A DNA stretch of 64,000 nucleotides from Thermodesulfovibrionia bacterium (GTDB lineage: Bacteria > Nitrospirota > Thermodesulfovibrionia > UBA6902). Both the position numbers and the translations under genes were made by a program. The notes below the pieces were generated by a model, which had not been told where the DNA came from, ran no database searches, and saw nothing but the letters and a program-made list of their open reading frames with translations. How positions within the stretch are numbered: position 1 is the first letter of the stretch; the number at the start of each line of letters is the position of its first letter. Below are positions 46,502-53,743 of the stretch, piece after piece. The DNA is taken from NCBI GenBank assembly GCA_945787795.1, contig CALZJD010000001.1, positions 5,776-69,775 of the forward strand, written 5' to 3'.

Positions 46502-48178
46502 TTAAAGTCCTGCGGGGACATATACGGCCTTTGTCTCTTCTTTCTCCTGTCTGATTCTTGCCTCATCCCAACCAAGTTCCTTTCCCATGATTTCAGCGGA
46601 TTCATTCAGGGCATTACCTCCAGGATTTTCCGCTGAACCAAGGTCTGTCCTTCGCAAAACTACATCGGACAATTTAAGGGCCATTTCATTGCGAACGCTG
46701 TTAACAATTTCAGCCCTAATTACTTCTGATGAACCGGAAATTGTCCGTAATAATCCCTGGTCTTCATCCATGTATTTCAGAATTTTGCTGTATTCCGAAC
46801 CGTAGTTGTGTACAAGATGCGTGACCACTTTTTCATCCATTCGTGTATTATCTATTGCATTTGACAAGTAATCAGTAAACTTCCCGGTCTCCCCGCCATA
46901 AAGAGGTATTTCTTCTGTCATACATTCAGGGGATGTTCTGCACAGCTTTTTACATATCAGATCAACCGTTTTTCCTGCGACGTGTCTGTGGGTGGTATAT
47001 TTCACACCAACCACGGTTATTAAACCACCAACATTATCTTCAATCGCGTGATCGTAAATTTTGTGCTGAGTTTCGAGATTGACCATTCCTGTATCCTGCC
47101 TGACTTCGGTCATCGGAAGCAGTCCCCCATGGAAAAAGCTGATCTCCTCCCTCCTGATATCCGCTGCCGGATAGGCTTTATTAACAGTTTTCAAGAATGC
47201 CCTTATTTCCGGTTCCCTGATCCTGAAGTCATCCGGTTCTCCATAATAGGGGAGATGGATTGTGCCGATGATCGTAAAATCTCTCCACGGGAGAAAAAAC
47301 AATATCTGGCTTCCTTTATAAATTGTTCCGTCTACCCTCTTATACGTATACGGGCCCGGCAGGCCAGCTGCGTGTTTAAGAAGTAGTCTCTTTTTCACAA
47401 CTATATTCATTGCGGATGAATGTAAAAACCGTTTTACAGTATTCCCGCCGTTTTGTTTTTTCAATATATCATCTATCCAGGGACCTCCAGCATTAACTAC
47501 AACTTTAGCCTGTATGTCAAAGGTATCGTCGCTTAATGTATCCCTGGCATTGACTCCTCTTATCCAGTTTCCGTCATTTAAAAAACCTTCACACTCAACA
47601 TAATTAGCAAACTGCGCTCCAGCCCCGGAAGCTGATAGTGCATATGAAAGAACGAGACGTTCAGTATTGAAACATTGGCAGTCATACCATAAAGCACCTC
47701 CTTTCATTTCCGCATTTTCATACCCGGGCACATACTCCTTTATCTCTTTTTTAGAAATTAACCGACCTCCGGGCACTGTTTTGTCATCACTGCTTAACCT
47801 GTTTCTATCAAAACCAATAAGGTCATTGGCCTGCAACGCCACAAATAAGGCAGTCCTGCTCTTCATTTTGTAACCATACGTCGGCATTATCACGGGAAGA
47901 GGAAAAACAAGATGGGGCGCTATATTCATAAGTACTGCACGTTCATGAATGGACTGTCTCATCCTCCTGAAGTCAAAACGCTGGAGATATCTTAATCCAC
48001 CATGAATTGTCTTCAGGCTGTTTGATGATGTTGCACCTGCAAAATCACCTTTTTCAATCAAGGCAACTTTAAGCCCTCTCAGCGCTGCATCCCAAGCAAT
48101 TGAGACACCATAAACTCCACCCCCGATTATGAGGACATCATATTGCTCATTTGACAGTATATTCAGGTCTCTTATCAT
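46502..48178 (-). CDS. FAD-dependent oxidoreductase of the glycerol-3-phosphate dehydrogenase/oxidase (GlpD/GlpO) family
   Basis: 558-aa ORF. YDVLIIGGGVYGVSIAWDAALRGLKVALIEKGDFAGATSSNSLKTIHGGLRYL is the GlpD-type dinucleotide fold plus the GG(L/I)RYL motif. The C-terminal region ...LKLSDVVLRRTDLG...LGWDEARIRQE resembles the GlpD C-terminal domain. Confidence 0.8.
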   Translation of the reverse strand: MIRDLNILSNEQYDVLIIGGGVYGVSIAWDAALRGLKVALIEKGDFAGATSSNSLKTIHGGLRYLQRFDFRRMRQSIHERAVLMNIAPHLVFPLPVIMPTYGYKMKSRTALFVALQANDLIGFDRNRLSSDDKTVPGGRLISKKEIKEYVPGYENAEMKGGALWYDCQCFNTERLVLSYALSASGAGAQFANYVECEGFLNDGNWIRGVNARDTLSDDTFDIQAKVVVNAGGPWIDDILKKQNGGNTVKRFLHSSAMNIVVKKRLLLKHAAGLPGPYTYKRVDGTIYKGSQILFFLPWRDFTIIGTIHLPYYGEPDDFRIREPEIRAFLKTVNKAYPAADIRREEISFFHGGLLPMTEVRQDTGMVNLETQHKIYDHAIEDNVGGLITVVGVKYTTHRHVAGKTVDLICKKLCRTSPECMTEEIPLYGGETGKFTDYLSNAIDNTRMDEKVVTHLVHNYGSEYSKILKYMDEDQGLLRTISGSSEVIRAEIVNSVRNEMALKLSDVVLRRTDLGSAENPGGNALNESAEIMGKELGWDEARIRQEKEETKAVYVPAGL

Positions 48179-48190
48179 ATATAAGCCGGC

Positions 48191-49384
48191 TTATTGCAAA
48201 AGTTTCAACAAACAACGCATCTTACTCTCATATACCCTTCGGGAATACTTCTCATCGTACAGCTGCAGCGCATTCTTAACTGTATGTTCATGGTTTCCTT
48301 TTTCGTTTAATGCAGAAATTATGCCACGTGCCATATCTTCCGGTTCAGGTTCAACCAGATAAGCCACACCCTCATCCAGTACTTGAGTATGGGAATATAT
48401 ATTAGTGGCTACAAGGGGAATTCCACTGGCAAGCTGCTCATAGATTTTTAAGGGCGTGTTAGTCCCTGCGCTCCGCGGTGACATTATGACCGATGCAAGA
48501 CTGTTATAATATTTGGCCATTGACTGGCTCACGCGCCCCCTAAAAAAGGAATTCTGCTGAAGACCCGTCTGGTCAGCAAGCTGCCTGTATTTTTTCACCT
48601 GTGAAGGCGTCCCTCCGACTACCAGCAAAAAGGCATCGGGATATTCACTCACAACCTTTTTAAACGCTCCAATAAGAATATCTATCCCCTGATAATGTTC
48701 CAGGGTTCCTGCATACACTACAAACCGTTTCCCTTCCGGCAGGATTGGAAGTGACTCTTCAGTTGAAGCCTGACCAGAACCCATTCCTGAGTTTGTCCCT
48801 TTTGCAGCTACCTTCACCGGCTCAAAGATCGAATTCTCTATCAGAAAATGTTTTTTCTTATCATCGATGAATTTCAGGGCATATTCCTCAAGGTCCGGAC
48901 ATATGGTAATTACTGCATCCGATTTTTTAAGACAGGTATCTTCGAGTTTCTTGAACAAGCCGATAAGAAACTTTGATTTTGTGAATTGAAAGTTGCTCAA
49001 CTGCTGGGGAAGACTTGAATGCATGTCATATACCAGCTTGAATCGGAAGAGCGGTTTAAAGAAGCGGCAATAAAATATCGATTCCTCATGGGCATGAACA
49101 AAGTCATACCGCTTTTGAATAAGAAGTGCTAATGTCCAGATCACCATAAAAATATCGAGAAAGAGCTTTAGCATGGAAGGGCCTGTCTTCACATTGCCCA
49201 GAAATGCAAATCTCGGTAATCTGATTATCCTGACCCCGGGGATATCAACATCCTCTCCCTCACCATAAGTCAGGAGATCTATTTTAACACCAAGCTCCGC
49301 TGTCACAAGTGAGCGGTAGTAGACACTGAATGGTGTACCCCTTGGTGAAAAAAACGGCTGCGGTGAAATCACCAAGGCTTTCAT
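48191..49384 (-). CDS. Glycosyltransferase family 4
   Basis: 397-aa ORF with GT-B organisation and the C-terminal motif GTNTPLKIYEQLASGIPLVATNIYS. A 4-nt overlap links it to the upstream gene. Confidence 0.8.
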   Translation of the reverse strand: MKALVISPQPFFSPRGTPFSVYYRSLVTAELGVKIDLLTYGEGEDVDIPGVRIIRLPRFAFLGNVKTGPSMLKLFLDIFMVIWTLALLIQKRYDFVHAHEESIFYCRFFKPLFRFKLVYDMHSSLPQQLSNFQFTKSKFLIGLFKKLEDTCLKKSDAVITICPDLEEYALKFIDDKKKHFLIENSIFEPVKVAAKGTNSGMGSGQASTEESLPILPEGKRFVVYAGTLEHYQGIDILIGAFKKVVSEYPDAFLLVVGGTPSQVKKYRQLADQTGLQQNSFFRGRVSQSMAKYYNSLASVIMSPRSAGTNTPLKIYEQLASGIPLVATNIYSHTQVLDEGVAYLVEPEPEDMARGIISALNEKGNHEHTVKNALQLYDEKYSRRVYESKMRCLLKLLQ

Positions 49385-50214
49385 TTTCCGATAGACACTT
49401 TTTTATGTCTTCTCTTCAACATCTGCATTAGAATTTGATTTCGAATAAAAAGATGCGGCCTCTCCAGATGACCATAGGTCTCGATACGCGTTGCCGGCTC
49501 CTGGAGTAAACCTTTAATAGTCATTGCGGGATAGTCAGGAATGATGGAGTCCTTTATGAAAAAACCGAAACTGCCCGCTTTATGGCACTCATGTTCAAAA
49601 GGCAATGGATCACTACCGGGAAGTATTCTTATCCCCCTGATCTCAGCCAGACTGAAATGAGACGGGCATGACCAGAATGCCGGCCTGCCTCCATTATCCC
49701 CTAAAAACAGGCATTGTTCATCTGATGCTTTTAAATATTCTTCCAGTATCTCCCCCCTGCGCCCCAGCCACTTGCCTGCCCCCCAGGGTATAACCGGGAC
49801 AGCGTCTGCCTGGAGAGTTTTCCCTATTGTGTCCATTAGGGGATATCCGTCTTCGATAAACTTATCAGTTGCCAGGGCCAGCACCTCGAGGTTCTCGGCG
49901 GTTACAATCTGACGGCCAGCCATGATGAACAGATCACGTCCATCGTTCCGTTTTGCATATATTGAACAGTTCTCTTTTGTATGGTGAAAGGTCCAGTCTG
50001 GAATAATATTTTTATCAGTATGCCCGTTGATAGATTCCCATATTTGTTTGAACTTATTGTCATTGCTCGTTTCTGTTAAAAACAGTACAGCTGAAAACCT
50101 GCTTCCGTTATTAAGCCGTGAAGCTTCGGTGCTGAAGTTCAAAACAGCTGCGTTTAAAAATACCGGCAGGTCAAAGCAGTCATAGATATGCACGTGTGCA
50201 TCAGCTAATATCAT
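49381..50214 (-). CDS. Conserved-looking hypothetical protein, possible metal-dependent (PHP/amidohydrolase-like) hydrolase
   Basis: 277-aa ORF, tightly coupled on both sides. The N-terminal ILADAHVHIYD (HxH) and distal ILPGSDPLP weakly recall PHP-type phosphoesterases. I could not make a confident family assignment by eye. Confidence 0.45.
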   Translation of the reverse strand: MILADAHVHIYDCFDLPVFLNAAVLNFSTEASRLNNGSRFSAVLFLTETSNDNKFKQIWESINGHTDKNIIPDWTFHHTKENCSIYAKRNDGRDLFIMAGRQIVTAENLEVLALATDKFIEDGYPLMDTIGKTLQADAVPVIPWGAGKWLGRRGEILEEYLKASDEQCLFLGDNGGRPAFWSCPSHFSLAEIRGIRILPGSDPLPFEHECHKAGSFGFFIKDSIIPDYPAMTIKGLLQEPATRIETYGHLERPHLFIRNQILMQMLKRRHKKVSIGK

Positions 50215-50227
50215 ATGGTCGATTGAT

Positions 50228-51184
50228 CTATATAATCTTTTCGATCACAAATTCTTTCTTTTTCCGGCCATGGGTGAACACAATAATCTCGCCTAAAAGG
50301 CCTACACTGGCTGACTGAATGCCGAGCAACATAAAGAAAAATGACAATAACAGAGAAGGGCGATTGCCGATCGGGATCTCGTATATAAGTTTTTGAGCAA
50401 CAATAAATGTGGTTATTATAAATCCGGTTAATATAAAAAAGACGCCGATAGATATAAAAAATCGCAATGGTTTTTTGGAAAATGAAGTATTAAAGTAAAG
50501 AGTAAAAATATCAATTAATCTGTTAACATATATCGGTACATGATAAAATCCCGCCTTTGCCTGCCTGGGTTCACCATGCTCTCTGTAGTGTTCACACATA
50601 ATTTCTTTACATGTAAACCCTTTTCGGGCTGCATATACTGGGAAAAATCTGTACATGTTTCCATATAACTCCGTCTCCTCAATTACCTCTCTCCTAAATA
50701 CACTGACATTACAGCTCAGGTCAAACATCTTAATTCCGGTAATCCATCTTACTATTGCATTGAACAGATTGGATTGCATTTTATAAAAAGAAGGATCAAA
50801 CCTGTTTAGCCTGCAAGGACTGATTATGTCGGATTCATCACTCACGGCATCAAGTATCTGGTTAAAAGACTTAACTGTGAGCTGCTGGTAAGCACCACTG
50901 GCAAAAATATATTTACCACCGATCTCTTTTAAAACTGACTTAAGGCATATTGCATAAGACGTCTTTTTGCTCATCTCGAAGACTTTGGTTTTGTGATTAG
51001 GCATATAATTATTTTTATACAGTTTTTTTAAAAATCCGCCGGTCCCATTCGCAATAATGACCACTTCAAACGTATCCGACCTTGAGCTGAACACATTAAT
51101 TATTGTCTTTAAATAGCGTGGGAAATCTTCGTTCTTCTTATCCAGCAAAAAAACAACTGAATATTCTACTGATACTTGTTTCAT
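50228..51184 (-). CDS. GtrB/ArnC-like GT2 paralog with degenerate catalytic motifs (probable pseudo-enzyme)
   Basis: 318-aa ORF, collinear with the neighbour 51181-52134 (for example YGNMYRFFPVYAARKG vs YGEMHRFLPALASLTG) and with two C-terminal TM helices. FEVVIIANGTGG replaces YEVIFVDDGSTD, and IFASGAYQQ replaces ITLDGDMQN. An ATGA overlap links it to the upstream gene. Confidence 0.7.
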   Translation of the reverse strand: MKQVSVEYSVVFLLDKKNEDFPRYLKTIINVFSSRSDTFEVVIIANGTGGFLKKLYKNNYMPNHKTKVFEMSKKTSYAICLKSVLKEIGGKYIFASGAYQQLTVKSFNQILDAVSDESDIISPCRLNRFDPSFYKMQSNLFNAIVRWITGIKMFDLSCNVSVFRREVIEETELYGNMYRFFPVYAARKGFTCKEIMCEHYREHGEPRQAKAGFYHVPIYVNRLIDIFTLYFNTSFSKKPLRFFISIGVFFILTGFIITTFIVAQKLIYEIPIGNRPSLLLSFFFMLLGIQSASVGLLGEIIVFTHGRKKKEFVIEKII

Positions 51185-52134
51185 TCTGCGTCGCCTTTCA
51201 TCGTTATAGTCTTCTTTGTAACTTCAGGCATTTTAGTGTGAGACAGGTCGCTCGTGCCAACCACAAGTTCTCCCAGAACACCGAGAGCAATCAGATGTGA
51301 TACGGCCATTCCGTTTAATGCCGTGACAACCATGAAAAAAACTGATTTCCCCGAGGTCCAGTCAAGCATGACAGAAAGACCGCTAAGGATCCCAAAACAT
51401 ACTGTCAGTAAAATAAACGGCAGTGCGCAAATAACAAATCCTTTCAATGGTGTTGAAGAAAAACCGATTATCAGACTAATGCCAATAATATCACTAAAAA
51501 CCTTAAAGATACGGTTAAAGCCGTATTTCGAATCACCGTATTTTCTTGGATGATGTTTAACCGGTATTTCTGTCACTCTGGCCCCTGTTAAACTTGCTAG
51601 TGCAGGTAAAAATCTATGCATCTCTCCATATGCATTCAACGGTTTTATGCATTCAGATCGGTAAGCCTTCAATGTACAGCCATAATCATTCAACTTCACT
51701 CCGGTAGTCAATGAGATAATTGCATTAGCAATCCTGGAAGGAAATACTCGTGAAAAATTATCTTTTCTGTTTTTGCGCCAACCGCTGACAATATCGTTAC
51801 CCTCATCCAATTTTTCTAAAAGGGACGGGATATCAGACGGGTCATTCTGCATGTCTCCATCCAATGTAATGATTATATTACCCGTTGCATAATCAAATCC
51901 GGCAACCATAGCGCTTGTTTGACCATAATTACGACGTAATTTGATACTTCTTAATTTTGGATTTGATTTTTTTAATTTTTCAATGACCTTCCAGGTTATG
52001 TCTGTTGATCCATCATCTACAAAAATAACTTCATAAGCAAGAAAAAGTTTTTGGAGTTCAGTATCAATTTTGTAAAAAAGCGCCTCTACATTCTGCCATT
52101 CATTATATAATGGAACCACAACAGACAAATCCAT
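51181..52134 (-). CDS. Polyprenyl-phosphate glycosyltransferase (GT2, GtrB/ArnC/DPM1-like)
   Basis: 317-aa ORF with LSVVVPLYNEWQNV, YEVIFVDDGSTD, GQTSAMVAGFDYATGNIIITLDGDMQNDP and DIVSGWRKNRKD, plus two C-terminal TM helices. Confidence 0.9.
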   Translation of the reverse strand: MDLSVVVPLYNEWQNVEALFYKIDTELQKLFLAYEVIFVDDGSTDITWKVIEKLKKSNPKLRSIKLRRNYGQTSAMVAGFDYATGNIIITLDGDMQNDPSDIPSLLEKLDEGNDIVSGWRKNRKDNFSRVFPSRIANAIISLTTGVKLNDYGCTLKAYRSECIKPLNAYGEMHRFLPALASLTGARVTEIPVKHHPRKYGDSKYGFNRIFKVFSDIIGISLIIGFSSTPLKGFVICALPFILLTVCFGILSGLSVMLDWTSGKSVFFMVVTALNGMAVSHLIALGVLGELVVGTSDLSHTKMPEVTKKTITMKGDAE

Positions 52135-52147
52135 GATATTAATATCC

Positions 52148-52384
52148 TTAAATCTTCTTTTTGATATCGTCCAGTTTGTGTTTGTAGCTTGTATAACAGG
52201 TTTTATTGCAGCAGAACTCAGAGCACATCTTTAAACTCCGATTAGACATGCATTCCCCTGATTGTTTAGTTCTTCCGAGCATTAGAGGTTTCTCATTCTG
52301 GCGCTTCTGGTCAGAAATGATAACTTGATCTATCTGTAACTCTTTAGAAACAGTTTCCATTATATTAAGAGCAACTATTTGCAC
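52148..52384 (-). CDS. Small Cys-rich ORF of doubtful coding status
   Basis: 78 codons with a GTG start. GGAG lies only 2 nt upstream, and the internal ATG at 52360 has no SD. The C-terminal half is CMSNRSLKMCSEFCCNKTCYTSY. The ORF ends 13 nt before the GT2 start and would be the first ORF of the operon. Confidence 0.25.
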   Translation of the reverse strand: MQIVALNIMETVSKELQIDQVIISDQKRQNEKPLMLGRTKQSGECMSNRSLKMCSEFCCNKTCYTSYKHKLDDIKKKI

Positions 52385-52527
52385 TGCTCCGCCCTTTCAG
52401 TCACATATGACTTCCGTTTGGCTGAAAAAATGTTATGCATACATCGATTTAAACTAAATAAGTTTAGTAGATTCAGATATCGAGATATTTCACTAATTAC
52501 ATTGATGAATTAAGTAGTCTGATTAAA

Positions 52528-52543
52528 TGTAGGATTTCTTACA
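52528..52543 (-). promoter_or_regulatory. Operator-like inverted repeat TGTAGGA-TT-TCTTACA (site C)
   Basis: TGTAGGATTTCTTACA lies in the 271-bp spacer upstream of the 52384-35246 operon. It shares the 9-mer TGTAGGATT with sites at 62532 and 63589. Confidence 0.35.
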
Positions 52544-52655
52544 ATTATTGAACCTATAGTTATTAATATTATTCCAACTCATAAAAGTCACTCTTTAGAT
52601 AATGTCAATCAACCTGCTCAACATACCTTACTCATGATTCACTAACACTATCTTC

Positions 52656-53738
52656 TTATTCTAACTCCTCTTTTTTTTGACCTTTATTGTCTTGCTCTTT
52701 TTTAACTTGTATTTTTTTGAATTTTGAAACCCGGGCTGAAAGGTCATCCAACATGTCATCGTCCACAATTTTCACCATTACTCTATATACCATTTTTTCT
52801 ACAAGCCTTTCGAACACCTCTAATATCTTTTCGCTTTCGCTGAGTAATTCTTCCGAAATTCTGCTATGCTCCAGGTCATCTGTTAACGTGTTATGATTTG
52901 TAGCTAAACCACGATTTGAATCATTCCAGTAGTCATATGCTTTCAGGTCTTTTGAGACTTCTAAAATAATATTAAACCCTACTTCTTTCTCACCCTTAGT
53001 AAACGCACATAGCAATGCAAAATCAGATAAGATATTAATAAGTCTGGGAATTCCCCTGCTGAAATCATAAATAATCTGGAGCATATCATCTGTGAGCTTA
53101 ATTGCATCAGCATTCCCTGCAACCGTTAAGCGATACTTTATATATTCAGAAGTTTCATCAATAGATAAAGGTGTGATGTGATAGTTAATGTTAATACGCT
53201 GTTTTAATTGTAGCAATTCAGGAAGCATGAGCATGTTCTTCAATTCCGGTTGTCCTACGAGAATAATCTGGATCAGTTTTGATTTGTCTGTTTCAAGGTT
53301 TGAGAGAAGCCTTATCTCTTCAAGGAGATCGGACGAAAGATTTTGTGCTTCATCAATTAAAAGTATCGGCTGATTTCCGCTGACATACTGATCTATCAAA
53401 AAATCATTCAATTCGCTAAATAATATTGTTTTGTTCTTCCCTTCAACTATTAAGCCAAAATCTTTGTTAATCATGGAAATGAGTTGTTCAGATGAGACTT
53501 TCGTATAATTAATTCGTGACAGTTTTATTGATCCGTTAAGGTTTTTAATGAGATTTCTGACAATAGTTGTTTTTCCTGAACCAACCTCACCAGAAAGCAA
53601 AATAAAGCCGATCTTTGCCTTTATTCCATAGTCCAGATAAGATATGGCCTTTTTATGTGTTGTGCTTGGAAAAAGAAAATCCGGATTAGGCACTAACTCA
53701 AAGGGTTTGCATTTGAATGAGAAATGATTTTCGTACAT
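52656..53738 (-). CDS. ExeA-like AAA ATPase, PEP-CTERM-locus type
   Basis: MYENHFSFKCKPFELVPNPDFLFPSTTHKKAISYLDYGI...ILLSGEVGSGKTT (Walker A) and ILLIDEAQNL (Walker B). I prefer the start at 53738, where AGGTGAT lies 5 nt upstream. The track ORF starts at the GTG at 53747. Confidence 0.85.
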   Translation of the reverse strand: MYENHFSFKCKPFELVPNPDFLFPSTTHKKAISYLDYGIKAKIGFILLSGEVGSGKTTIVRNLIKNLNGSIKLSRINYTKVSSEQLISMINKDFGLIVEGKNKTILFSELNDFLIDQYVSGNQPILLIDEAQNLSSDLLEEIRLLSNLETDKSKLIQIILVGQPELKNMLMLPELLQLKQRININYHITPLSIDETSEYIKYRLTVAGNADAIKLTDDMLQIIYDFSRGIPRLINILSDFALLCAFTKGEKEVGFNIILEVSKDLKAYDYWNDSNRGLATNHNTLTDDLEHSRISEELLSESEKILEVFERLVEKMVYRVMVKIVDDDMLDDLSARVSKFKKIQVKKEQDNKGQKKEELE

Positions 53739-53743
53739 TTGTA

